A DNA stretch of 35,485 nucleotides, from positions 1-35,485 of IMG/VR virus record IMGVR_UViG_3300017722_000896; one strand, given 5' to 3'. The DNA is from a virus. Taxonomy: Duplodnaviria > Caudoviricetes. Positions 9,386 to 18,859 of this stretch are shown piece after piece (position 1 is the first letter of the stretch; the number at the start of each line of letters is the position of its first letter). The translations under genes and the position numbers were made by a program. The notes below the pieces were generated by a model, which ran no database searches, had not been told where the DNA came from, and was given only the letters and a program-made list of their open reading frames with translations.

Positions 9386-11026
9386 TTATTCCTCTGTAAA
9401 CCAAAGTGCATTATCCTCACGAACCGCATTATCTGGCATCTCTGGACCCATAAAAAAGGTAGTATTCTCCTCTTCTTCTTCAGCTTTATGTATGATTTTT
9501 TTCCGTTGTAGATCTACGATCTCTTCAAAGTAACCCTGTCGGGTGAGCCATCCAAAGAGAACTAAACACATAACTAAATCGTCCGTATAGCCATCATCAG
9601 CACAATAAGTCTGATGTTTGGAAATAAATGTCATCAATTCTTGAATGATGTCATAATCCCTAACGAGTAACTTATCTTGCTCAATTAGCGTTTTTAGAAC
9701 AGCACATCCTAATTTTTTGACTGCTGCGCTGGTTCTAACGCCTCTTTGCTTCGTTCCTCTCCCGAAGCCAAGTGAAACTTTCTGACCAGCTCTACCCATC
9801 ATTGTGGTCTGAATGATGTTTTCGTATTCAAACTCTTCGTGCATAACATCGGCAATCTGGCCACCGATATCATTTACTTCGATTAGCAAGTGGGCATTAT
9901 TATATTTTATTGCCAGAGCATATAGTTCAGGAGGGACATCGAAGGGTGAGATGGTATTGTTTCGATACCTAGCCACAACTCTGTGCGGCTTTTCAGTAGA
10001 ATCTATAACAACCATTGCTGTATAGTCTTTGCCCTGACCTCTAGCCGTATCTACCATGATGAAGTATGCGTGTTCGTCCTTTGGCTCGTCGTAGATATAA
10101 AGACCACCAGGATCTCTAACCAGAGGTTTATCGAACTGCAACAAATTTAGTTTGCTGGCACTAATGAGGGTATTTGAAGATCCAAGGAATGAACATTCAA
10201 ACTCCTGCTCAAACTGCTGTTCGCTGGTCTGGGCAATCATCTGCTGCTTCCACTGCTCGTCACGCAGAGGCCCACCAGCGTACTTAGGAACCTGTCTCCA
10301 CGACACCTCTATGGGGACATACTCGTTCTTTCCCTCGTCCCCAGGCTTCCTTGTAGCCCCCTTCCAGAAGGAGTAGAACATATTGAGGCCGTTTGGGGTG
10401 GATACCATGAAGACCTTGGTGGTCTGACCTGATGTAATTGTGGGGTAAACTGAGCTGAAAAACTCTTCTGCCACGTTCTGGGGAACGTGAGCGAACTCGT
10501 CCAAGAAGATCAAGTTAAATGAACCACCACGAACAGCGGATGATGAGGTGGCAGAAGCCATGACCTTGGAGCCGTTCTCCAAATGAATAGAAGTCTTGTT
10601 CCATTCAATGATGCCCTGCTGAAGCCACTTGGGAAGATATTCATAAGCTAGGCGAAGTCGGCCAAGAATTTCTCTGGCCGTATTCATCTTGTTGGCTAGA
10701 ATACCAACGCTCATGCTCTGGTTGAAAAGAATGTAGTGAAGAATGAATGCAACAATCGTTGTGCTCTTACCAGACTGACGGGGCAGTTTGGCAATGATAT
10801 AACGATTGTTATGCATTTTATTAATCATGTCCTCTTGATAATCGTATAAATCAAAAGGAACAAGACCTTTATCAAGAGACACGACTTTGATGTATTTCTT
10901 GATGAAGTAGATTGGATCCTGGGAGCAACGAACATACTCCCGAATCTGTTCTTCGGTGAAGTCAATCTTTACTCCAGCTTCTTTTAGGTTTGGATTACCT
11001 AAGTAACCTTTAAATTTCCTCGACAT
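9386..11026 (-). CDS. gp17: Terminase large subunit (gp17)
   Basis: YLGNPNLK, Walker A PRQSGKST, Walker B LIFLDEFAHV, STPNG, nuclease VDTARG and DDLVM. Confidence 0.98.
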   Translation of the reverse strand: MSRKFKGYLGNPNLKEAGVKIDFTEEQIREYVRCSQDPIYFIKKYIKVVSLDKGLVPFDLYDYQEDMINKMHNNRYIIAKLPRQSGKSTTIVAFILHYILFNQSMSVGILANKMNTAREILGRLRLAYEYLPKWLQQGIIEWNKTSIHLENGSKVMASATSSSAVRGGSFNLIFLDEFAHVPQNVAEEFFSSVYPTITSGQTTKVFMVSTPNGLNMFYSFWKGATRKPGDEGKNEYVPIEVSWRQVPKYAGGPLRDEQWKQQMIAQTSEQQFEQEFECSFLGSSNTLISASKLNLLQFDKPLVRDPGGLYIYDEPKDEHAYFIMVDTARGQGKDYTAMVVIDSTEKPHRVVARYRNNTISPFDVPPELYALAIKYNNAHLLIEVNDIGGQIADVMHEEFEYENIIQTTMMGRAGQKVSLGFGRGTKQRGVRTSAAVKKLGCAVLKTLIEQDKLLVRDYDIIQELMTFISKHQTYCADDGYTDDLVMCLVLFGWLTRQGYFEEIVDLQRKKIIHKAEEEEENTTFFMGPEMPDNAVREDNALWFTEE

Positions 11027-11423
11027 TCTTCACTTCCGCATCAATTATATCTAGAGCCTTTTTCTTGCTCCGTTCTGGATTGATTAGATCCTGAAGATCA
11101 CTTGTTGAACCAATAAAGAACGAATTGTTTGTAGTTGATTTTATTGTGGTCTTATTTGCTTCGTTCTTGATCTTCTCCAGATCGATAAGATCCTTGTTGA
11201 TCTCAGACATGGTTTTCAACATTTGAGTTACGACTTCATATGCTCTTGGAGAATCGCCTTCAGAAGCAACCTTCATAATCCCATCAAGAGCAACCTTGGA
11301 CTTCTCAATGATGTCGTACATATTACGCTTGGCGTAATCGAAATCCTTATCTGGATTTGCTTGTAATATTTCTTTTGGTTGATCTTGTTTTTTAATATCA
11401 AAAAATTCGTCAAGTGGTTCCAT
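11010..11423 (-). CDS. gp16: Terminase small subunit (gp16)
   Basis: DFDYAKRNMY, SPRAYEV, NNSFFIGSTSDLQ motifs; directly upstream of gp17. Confidence 0.92.
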   Translation of the reverse strand: MEPLDEFFDIKKQDQPKEILQANPDKDFDYAKRNMYDIIEKSKVALDGIMKVASEGDSPRAYEVVTQMLKTMSEINKDLIDLEKIKNEANKTTIKSTTNNSFFIGSTSDLQDLINPERSKKKALDIIDAEVKNVEEI

Positions 11424-11426
11424 ATT

Positions 11427-12518
11427 TTATATACAGAGTTGACCAGAAATTGATGTGATTGTGAAATTTCTAGAATCTGTAGCTGCTCCATTAGTTATTC
11501 TGAAAGTATAAACAAATGTACCGGAAACATCTCCAACACATGCTCCAGTGTCTGAATTTATAGCAGAAATCATCGCTGCAAATATTCCACTAGAAATTGT
11601 TGTCACGGTATTTGAAACGGTTGTAGTGTAAATTATATTGCTGTCCGAATCCAATAACTGCACTGTAGTATTTGCTACTAATAGATTTTCTTTGATCCAG
11701 GTCATTCTAGATCTGAGAAGTTCATTTCCCGCTGTTGTTATTTTGTAAGTGCTACTATTCAACAAAGTATTGATTGATAGACTAGTTGTTGGTAAACAGA
11801 TCAAGGAGCCATCAACATAATTGATTATGAAACTTACGCTGTCACTCAATGCTCCATTTTCAACTTTAAATGTATATGCACTTAAATCACTATAAACCTG
11901 ACCACATGTATTCAAATCATTTGCTATTGCAAGAACAATATCGTCTATATCTTCAAATACCAATCTTTCTACGCCAGCAGTTACAACCTTAGAATAGATC
12001 AAATTGTCTTCATCATCGAAAATTTTAGCAGCCGTAGTAGCTCCTAAAACATTACTTTCATCCCAGAACAATTGTGTTGTTAATAGACTGTTTTGACTTG
12101 GCACTGAGTAATTCAGCAACGGCAAACCTGTATTAATCAACAAGCTTCTAACAGGCTCACACACTCCAGTACCATTAAAGCTATTGATTTTAAATGTCTT
12201 CGAATCACTGAGTTGACCGTTTTGAACAATCAGAGTGTAGGTTTTAAGACCAGTTACTACAGTACCGCAAGCGTTTAAATAGTTCGCAATACTTTCAAGA
12301 ACATCATTATACATCGCAGTTGTTAATGATTGTCTTCCTGCTTCTGTTGCTCCGGAATATAAAACTTCAGAATCATCGTTCAATACCAATACTGTTGTTG
12401 TTGAATTTGGAACATTTTCTTCTGTCCATATAAGATTACTAAACAAAACTGCTGTATCTGCTGGATAGTTATAATTAAATGCAGGGAGACTTGAATTTAT
12501 AGTCAATGAGGTTACTGG
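11427..12518 (-). repeat. Three tandem 121-aa protein domain repeats
   Basis: Units begin at 12518, 12155 and 11792 (363-nt period) and share P..SL.IN..L, W.E.N, I/LYS, C, YT...NG...DS..F.I....G..C. Confidence 0.9.
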
Positions 12519-13184
12519 AGCAACATAGTCTTCAGTCAACAAGTCAGCAATTCTTAGAGATGTGCTTGTTGGTGGATTGCCAGACTTTATTTCTCCAAAG
12601 ACATAGCTATTGGCAACAAATACCATTGTACCAATCAAAATTCTTCTATTGTTGGTCAATGCTCCTTCATAGTCATCAAGAATTCTAAAATCTCTATAAT
12701 TAATAGGTACATTTATATCTTGATAAAGATCGTTGAAGTTTATTCTTATATTAAACTCTGGATTAAAATAGGGAAGAATTTGCTCTGCTATCTGAAGAAT
12801 TTCTTCCATGCTTCTTGAGTAAAAATAAAGACGAAATTCGACATCAACTGGAGTCTCTGAAAAAGATTTGTGAGAGATTCCGGACTGATCTAAAGTTGTT
12901 GCTACTCTAAGCTTATTTCTCTTTCTTGTACGATCATATGCCACCGCGTTCATTTCAAAGCTCAAATACGGCAAATTGATCTGTGTTTTTACTTTGTCAG
13001 TAATTGAAGAATTTGATTCCAATCTTCTCAGAAATTTTTCTTTTGAAGAAAATGTAATCGGAACTTTTATATTTTCCTGTGTCCCGGTAGTATCATTTTT
13101 CCTAGTTACATAAATTTGATCAAATAATGATCCAAATGCAACTACTAATTTTCTGATAGACTGATTATTAAATGTATTAAACAT
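11427..13184 (-). CDS. gp15: Tail sheath stabilizer/terminator gp15 with C-terminal triple-domain extension
   Basis: N-terminal ~220 aa match gp15 (IRKLVVAFGSLF, IKVPITF..KEKFL, LPYLSFEM, EQILPYFNPEF, DDYEG); the remainder is three repeats. Confidence 0.9.
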   Translation of the reverse strand: MFNTFNNQSIRKLVVAFGSLFDQIYVTRKNDTTGTQENIKVPITFSSKEKFLRRLESNSSITDKVKTQINLPYLSFEMNAVAYDRTRKRNKLRVATTLDQSGISHKSFSETPVDVEFRLYFYSRSMEEILQIAEQILPYFNPEFNIRINFNDLYQDINVPINYRDFRILDDYEGALTNNRRILIGTMVFVANSYVFGEIKSGNPPTSTSLRIADLLTEDYVAPVTSLTINSSLPAFNYNYPADTAVLFSNLIWTEENVPNSTTTVLVLNDDSEVLYSGATEAGRQSLTTAMYNDVLESIANYLNACGTVVTGLKTYTLIVQNGQLSDSKTFKINSFNGTGVCEPVRSLLINTGLPLLNYSVPSQNSLLTTQLFWDESNVLGATTAAKIFDDEDNLIYSKVVTAGVERLVFEDIDDIVLAIANDLNTCGQVYSDLSAYTFKVENGALSDSVSFIINYVDGSLICLPTTSLSINTLLNSSTYKITTAGNELLRSRMTWIKENLLVANTTVQLLDSDSNIIYTTTVSNTVTTISSGIFAAMISAINSDTGACVGDVSGTFVYTFRITNGAATDSRNFTITSISGQLCI

Positions 13185-14122
13185 TAGTAATTGCCCTGTG
13201 AGAATGGATCAGTTTCACTAAAGTTAATTATAGGAATATCGTACTTGCTTCCAGCACCAGTGAATCCTCTTTGATAATCCAGAGGAGGGTTTTCTCCGTC
13301 TGCATCTCCAAGAATGGGATTGATGATTCCATAGTTTCCGGTATTTTCCGTTGTAAGTAATCCGAATGTATTTCCTGTATTTTCTCTTGTTATTACAGTA
13401 GGATCCAGGAAGGTGACTCCATCAAGAGCCATAATTTCAAGCTCAAGATTATCTTGATTTAGAGTGTAATCTAGTAGTCTGAAATATGCTGTTGTTCCTG
13501 TTAAACTGCCAGAGATGTACAGCTTTTCTCCGAGAGTCAGATTCGAATATGCTGTCTGGAATCCAACACCATTTATATTTGCATAGAAAGTATAAGTACT
13601 CTGCTTCACATTAGATATAGTATCCATTTCGCTATTACCTGTAGCAAACTGTTCGGCAGAATAGTTGAAGGTTTCGCAAGATAATGTGTAAACATACAGT
13701 TTGTCCAATTGGTAGAACGGAGCTTCATGTTCTACGAAATTGATTTCAAACATGGTTTTTGAGAGGGGAAAATATATTATATCGCCCTCTCTTGGGCGAA
13801 CGATGGTTGAGCTATGCGTAGTAACCTCGTTCGTAAATCTCTTTCTACTAACAACCAATGTCACTCTATCTTTGACTTCAAGACCAAACTTTGTGATTAC
13901 ATCAGTACCCTCGTATCCGGCAATGGAAGCGAGATACATTTCGATTTGATATGCTTTTGTGAATTTATTGAGCTGATCTTCACCAAAAAGTCTATCAAGA
14001 TTTACAAATTCCCTTGGAATGTACCAGACATTCTGGCCCATCATCTTGATTATTTCAACGATGATATCCTCAGAAACATTCTGTTCTCCTGCTTGAAATT
14101 TGAAGTAAGGATTACGAGCCAT
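13184..14122 (-). CDS. gp14: Neck/head closure protein (gp14)
   Basis: NPYF, G..V.YIPRE....D.LFGED, KFGLEVKD, RPREGDIIYFP, FEINFVEHE.PFYQL, FSETDPF. Confidence 0.95.
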   Translation of the reverse strand: MARNPYFKFQAGEQNVSEDIIVEIIKMMGQNVWYIPREFVNLDRLFGEDQLNKFTKAYQIEMYLASIAGYEGTDVITKFGLEVKDRVTLVVSRKRFTNEVTTHSSTIVRPREGDIIYFPLSKTMFEINFVEHEAPFYQLDKLYVYTLSCETFNYSAEQFATGNSEMDTISNVKQSTYTFYANINGVGFQTAYSNLTLGEKLYISGSLTGTTAYFRLLDYTLNQDNLELEIMALDGVTFLDPTVITRENTGNTFGLLTTENTGNYGIINPILGDADGENPPLDYQRGFTGAGSKYDIPIINFSETDPFSQGNY

Positions 14123-14123
14123 A

Positions 14124-14927
14124 TTATCCAGTCATCATATCTGGTGGGAGTTCGTATGCAGAAATAATTTGATCTTCAAGGATTGCAATTTCTCTTTCCG
14201 CCTCAGCGAGAATAGTACCACCTCTTAATTGAACACCACCGGGCAATGCAACCCCATCAAACTTGGAAAGATTCTGTCCCCATTGTCTCTTGACAAGAGC
14301 AGTGAAATATTTCTTCACCATTCTATCGTTAAAGATTTCTGTATAAACATCAGGATTTAAATTCACATAAGCTTCTACTACAATATAAGTACCAGCCGAC
14401 AAAGCAGACCAGTCAGTTTCGATATACAGTTTATTTGTTACTTTATTGAAACGAGCAGTTCTTTCTGGATCGAACATCATTTCAATCAGTCGAATATATC
14501 TCTTAGTAATATCAAAATTTGCAATCGGAGATGAATTAACAAATCCTAAGTTTGTATTAATACCATAAACATCGTTTAGGGCTAATTGATATCTTACATC
14601 GAAAAGATAATTACTGGTCAAAGTTCCGAAAGGAAGAATTCTAATTACAGAAAGAATATCGTATCCAGTAGGACTACCAGTGCTAGATCCAACTATTTGT
14701 CCCAAATTATTTGTATTGATATACTTGTTTGTAATATCTTGTTGTGTTAAAGCATATGTAAAAAAGGCTCTCTCAACACCATCAAAATGGCGTTCTGAGA
14801 AGAATTGTAAAGCATCATCAAGTCTATCCTGAGCTTGCTGCTGGTCTACGTTTATTTCTACAACCGGAGCACCTAGCTGCCGGAAAGCGTACTGAATTAT
14901 GGATTCTCTGGAGTTAGGTTGTGCCAT
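14124..14927 (-). CDS. gp13: Neck protein (gp13)
   Basis: LGAPVVEINVD..Q..DR.DDALQFF.ERHFDG, TALVKRQWGQNLSKFDGV.LPGG, YELPP..M.G. Confidence 0.96.
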   Translation of the reverse strand: MAQPNSRESIIQYAFRQLGAPVVEINVDQQQAQDRLDDALQFFSERHFDGVERAFFTYALTQQDITNKYINTNNLGQIVGSSTGSPTGYDILSVIRILPFGTLTSNYLFDVRYQLALNDVYGINTNLGFVNSSPIANFDITKRYIRLIEMMFDPERTARFNKVTNKLYIETDWSALSAGTYIVVEAYVNLNPDVYTEIFNDRMVKKYFTALVKRQWGQNLSKFDGVALPGGVQLRGGTILAEAEREIAILEDQIISAYELPPDMMTG

Positions 14928-14949
14928 TTACTGTATTTATGCACAGCCA

Positions 14950-15510
14950 TTACTTCGGAGTCTCCTTGCTCTTCTCTACCGTCTGTAGAGCGTCAATAAC
15001 ATCAGCTACTTCTTTTGGAGTTTCAGGAGAAGTTACTTCTACTTTTTGAACTTCCATAAAGTTCATATTTTCGATGTAATGCTTTCTACTCTGAGGTTCA
15101 TTAGCTTCGTGTGGCTGGCTGGGAGTGTAGTTTGAGAATCCTGGCATTGTAATTGGACAATTTACCTTTGGATAATCAAGCTTGCTATACTCTTCTTCTG
15201 TGCCATTAAGCCATGTGGCCTTTCTATCTCCACAGCCACAGGCTCCACAAAAGAACTTTCCGTCTGTCTCTGATTTTTTTAGATGGCTACACGGAGGCAA
15301 TTCTCCTCCCTGTCCTTCATTACCAAAGCAACTTAATACTCTAAGTTGCTTTACGGTCTTATCGACCTTCTTATCTTTAAATCCACGCGATGCCATAGCC
15401 ATGGCATAGCCTTGGATCATACTAATGGACTTTTTAATTTTTGATTGTTCTAGTGGTGAGTCTGAAAATTTCTTCTTATTTGCACAATTACAAGGTTTCT
15501 TTTCACTCAT
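14950..15510 (-). CDS. Cys-rich hypothetical protein, probable Zn-binding
   Basis: 186 aa with KPCNC, R..SC.G, PPC.HL, FCGACGCG, YPKVNCP; GAGG SD. Confidence 0.75.
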   Translation of the reverse strand: MSEKKPCNCANKKKFSDSPLEQSKIKKSISMIQGYAMAMASRGFKDKKVDKTVKQLRVLSCFGNEGQGGELPPCSHLKKSETDGKFFCGACGCGDRKATWLNGTEEEYSKLDYPKVNCPITMPGFSNYTPSQPHEANEPQSRKHYIENMNFMEVQKVEVTSPETPKEVADVIDALQTVEKSKETPK

Positions 15511-15518
15511 ATAATTCC

Positions 15519-16226
15519 TCAGATTGTTGTACCATTAATATATTTGATAGTCAAAGTAGATCCAACAGCATTAAAACTCAAAATTCTATTGAAGGTGTCG
15601 TTGTTAAATCCTGAAGCTCCTGTGATCTGAGCAGCAGAGAAACTGATTTGATATCTATCCGCTCCACAAATGCTTGTGTTTGGAGCACCGCTTGAATTGT
15701 CGCTAAGTGACGAATCATCAGTGCATGTAATATAATCTATCCCAAAAGAAAGTCCAGCGTAATATTCTACGCTTGCTGTGGTGCTAATTCTTACAGTTTT
15801 ATCTGTATTGTTGTAAACCCAGTCCTTCACGCCAGAGGGTAGTGTAGCTAGATACCAACCTTCTCTGAAGGATATAGTGATACCGTTAGAGCTATTGAAG
15901 GTATAGCCGACCAATGGAAGGGCTGTACCGCCTTGTGGGTGGCTCTTGGGGAATAGGGGAGTAGAACCATCCCAGGCTGGACCTTTGGCTGTAGTGCCTG
16001 CCAAATGGCTAGTCCATTCATGAATCATATTCATGTTTAGACTATTCTGAAGGAACAAAATTTCTTGCAGTTCGTTTAGTTCAGATGCCTGTAGTTTGCT
16101 ACCAGCCTTGAACGCCACCATAGAATGGTTTTTCTTGGTGGTAGAATCAACACTTCCGCCCCATGTTCTGCTTGAATAGGGGTAATTGGTTAATGGAAAT
16201 TGATCGTCAAAGGGGTATGCGGCCAT
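15519..16226 (-). CDS. Virion structural protein with DUF4815/VrlC-like N-terminal motif
   Basis: FKAG..LQASELNELQ.IL and GADRYQI match the conserved LQARELxQ and APGADR motifs of this baseplate-associated family; adjacent to gp8. Confidence 0.65.
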   Translation of the reverse strand: MAAYPFDDQFPLTNYPYSSRTWGGSVDSTTKKNHSMVAFKAGSKLQASELNELQEILFLQNSLNMNMIHEWTSHLAGTTAKGPAWDGSTPLFPKSHPQGGTALPLVGYTFNSSNGITISFREGWYLATLPSGVKDWVYNNTDKTVRISTTASVEYYAGLSFGIDYITCTDDSSLSDNSSGAPNTSICGADRYQISFSAAQITGASGFNNDTFNRILSFNAVGSTLTIKYINGTTI

Positions 16227-16227
16227 G

Positions 16228-18090
16228 TTAGATATTGAATATTAGGTTAAATGTATTTTCCGACTGAATAAGTGTATCTGTTGTGAACAATACGGTACAA
16301 TCACTCATATTTATACTAGGTCCAGTAATTGATGTTACTGTAAAACTAGAGGTGGCTCCACCGCTAAATTGTACGGTGTATGAACCACCAGTACCAATTG
16401 CGTAAGCATCATAGGAAGAAATTTCAACAGATCCGGAAGTACTACCAGCAAAAACACCGAATCCTAGATTGAAACTAGAGGTTGGTTTTCCTGGAACAAA
16501 TGCTCTTGATCCGCTGCCTATGGTCTTTGTTGCAGATGTTTTATTTGTTAAGTAATTTACATCAATTGGATCGCTAAAGTCTGCAACGAAATCTCCCGGC
16601 TCAACCGTATTAATATCCCCAGAAATAGAGGTAATAATTGCCGAGGCACTTGCCTTTATAGGAGCCTTTGAATAACTTCTAGCACCGTCAGATTGAATTC
16701 TGTATCCGCTGGAATTCTTTAGACCCGTTACCAAGAAAGCTGATTCAAAAGAATACGAAGCTGGAGTATTAAACAACGTATTGATTTCCGCTTCTGAAAG
16801 TTCTACTGCTACAGATATTTGCGTAGTTCGCAACAAATCATAAATTTTAAGGTAAGATTCGTCTGAAATCGGAGCAAGATTGAACTGAATCGAAGCTAAA
16901 CAACTTGAGGGATCGGTCGGTGCTCCCTGAGAGCCAAGAGAAGCAATACTAAGATTTCCAGTTACGAGAGATGGTGCTTCAACATAAGTACAATTACTTG
17001 ATGTTAATTGGTTTGTTATATAAACTCCAATAACTTTATATCGATTGATACCACCAACAAATTCTGTTTTCAAATAAGCTTTGCATGATCCTATAGTACC
17101 ATCAGTGTCTAGATTTATTTCAGGATCTTCTATATCAGAATAATATGTAACATCACTTCTATCGTTAAACATTACGCTTAGAATACAACCAGATGGAATA
17201 GCAGTAAGAATATCTGTATTTTGTCTATAAACATTACCAGCCGTATAACCTCCGGATCCTCCAGCATTGAACAAGGCAAGAGGAGTAACAGTAGAATAAG
17301 TAGCTCCGCATGGAGTGCAACCGGAGGGACCAGAAATATTAAAGAATCCGCCGTATTCGGTGGAGGTTACGGAAGGTAAAAATACCCCTTCAAAGTCTAA
17401 TTGGCTGGCTAAATATCCGCAAGTCCAGCGATTAGGAACTTTGTAAGATGCTACGATATCACCAGCATTATATGTCTTTCCTGTTACTGGTTCTATCCAG
17501 GATTCAGTGGCATATAGGCAGCAAGTACCAAAGGTAAGTCCAGTTGATCCTCCACCTGTTGGACCAGTAGCATCTAGAGTAGAACCTCTAAAATCAACTA
17601 AAGATTCAATACCAGTTACTTTGATATAATTTGAAGATATTGGAGCTGGATCATAGTTTACTTTTACCCAGCTATACCCATCTTCCATGTTAATTACAGT
17701 ACCATTCGAACCGCTTGGTGCAAATTTGCTCGGTGCAGAATTATTTCTAGTAGAGAGTTTATTGTAATTTGTATCACCAACGCACAAATATAGCTCTTTT
17801 GTGGTCGAATTGAAGCAAAGGCTATTTGTTATAGTTGGATCTGTATAGTCAAAAACTTTAAATGTTTTTGCTGCAACCCAGTCGTTTCGGGTAAAAACAG
17901 CAGATACATTGTCTAAGGTGACTCGTTTTATAAAGCTAGCTGAATTAGCGACATCCTTCGAAACTCTGCTGCTCTTATCGGCATATCCAACTTCAACTAC
18001 GCCAAAGCCAGCATAATAATCCCAATACAAAGAATCAGTCAAAAAATTACTTACAGCTTCTGAATATCTGTTGGACGAGTCATTTGGCAT
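16228..18090 (-). CDS. gp8: Baseplate wedge protein (gp8-like) with large Cys/Gly/Thr-rich insertions
   Basis: KRV....VS.V..R.DW, LYLC..., DGYSW motifs of the gp8 N-terminus; position downstream of gp6 and gp7. Confidence 0.75.
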   Translation of the reverse strand: MPNDSSNRYSEAVSNFLTDSLYWDYYAGFGVVEVGYADKSSRVSKDVANSASFIKRVTLDNVSAVFTRNDWVAAKTFKVFDYTDPTITNSLCFNSTTKELYLCVGDTNYNKLSTRNNSAPSKFAPSGSNGTVINMEDGYSWVKVNYDPAPISSNYIKVTGIESLVDFRGSTLDATGPTGGGSTGLTFGTCCLYATESWIEPVTGKTYNAGDIVASYKVPNRWTCGYLASQLDFEGVFLPSVTSTEYGGFFNISGPSGCTPCGATYSTVTPLALFNAGGSGGYTAGNVYRQNTDILTAIPSGCILSVMFNDRSDVTYYSDIEDPEINLDTDGTIGSCKAYLKTEFVGGINRYKVIGVYITNQLTSSNCTYVEAPSLVTGNLSIASLGSQGAPTDPSSCLASIQFNLAPISDESYLKIYDLLRTTQISVAVELSEAEINTLFNTPASYSFESAFLVTGLKNSSGYRIQSDGARSYSKAPIKASASAIITSISGDINTVEPGDFVADFSDPIDVNYLTNKTSATKTIGSGSRAFVPGKPTSSFNLGFGVFAGSTSGSVEISSYDAYAIGTGGSYTVQFSGGATSSFTVTSITGPSINMSDCTVLFTTDTLIQSENTFNLIFNI

Positions 18091-18097
18091 ACTTTAT

Positions 18098-18859
18098 TTA
18101 TAGTACCAAAGTGCTAGGTGAATATCTCTCAGCAGCGTTAATAAAAGTTACAGAACTCTTCTGGCCCTTGATAAGATCAAATCTAATTCCAAGAGGTTTC
18201 ATTAGAGAAATGAAATCGTCTTGGTATTTCTCAGGAATATAGGCTGTCAAGACGATACCAAATTCTTGTTTATTGCGACCTTCAGTTAAAGCATCACTGT
18301 TTAGCACACCCTGGTTCAAAATCATGGTTTCATTGACTCCGAAAGTGATGCTATAATCATCAAGAACTGAATCAAAGAAAGTTTGAATAAAATATTTAAA
18401 GGAGTCTTGATTGCCCTTGTTTACCACAAATCTCTTTTTGTTGGAGATCAGGAATTGCCTCAATTCAGATTCGTACTCTTCTCCAAAGTCATCGAAATCA
18501 AAATCTGAGAATAAAGACTTATATGTTTCTTTAAGTGAGCTAAAATTCATGTAGAAGACATTTTGAATATCTTCGTAATTTGGGTAAATGTCTAATCCAC
18601 TAGCCGAGAACACCCAGTCATAATACTTCTGAATCAAATTAATAGTATTGATATCAGGATCTGCTTTAGCTTCTTTGACTAGCCAAGCTGGAAATTGATG
18701 TTCTACGGAATAGAAAAACTTTCTATCTGTCGATGCTAGTGTTTCTAAATCAAATTGAGTACCTAAGACACTAATTGCATATTCGCACCCAGCATCGGTA
18801 TTATATTGGGCTATGCCACCTGTGGCTGCAAGATTCGGATTGGTGAAAAAGAGAATCAT
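18098..18859 (-). CDS. Baseplate wedge protein (gp7-like, short)
   Basis: QFP.W, IQKYYDW, NKG..DSFKYF...FF, MKPLG resemble the conserved gp7 core; between gp6 and gp8. Confidence 0.65.
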   Translation of the reverse strand: MILFFTNPNLAATGGIAQYNTDAGCEYAISVLGTQFDLETLASTDRKFFYSVEHQFPAWLVKEAKADPDINTINLIQKYYDWVFSASGLDIYPNYEDIQNVFYMNFSSLKETYKSLFSDFDFDDFGEEYESELRQFLISNKKRFVVNKGNQDSFKYFIQTFFDSVLDDYSITFGVNETMILNQGVLNSDALTEGRNKQEFGIVLTAYIPEKYQDDFISLMKPLGIRFDLIKGQKSSVTFINAAERYSPSTLVL

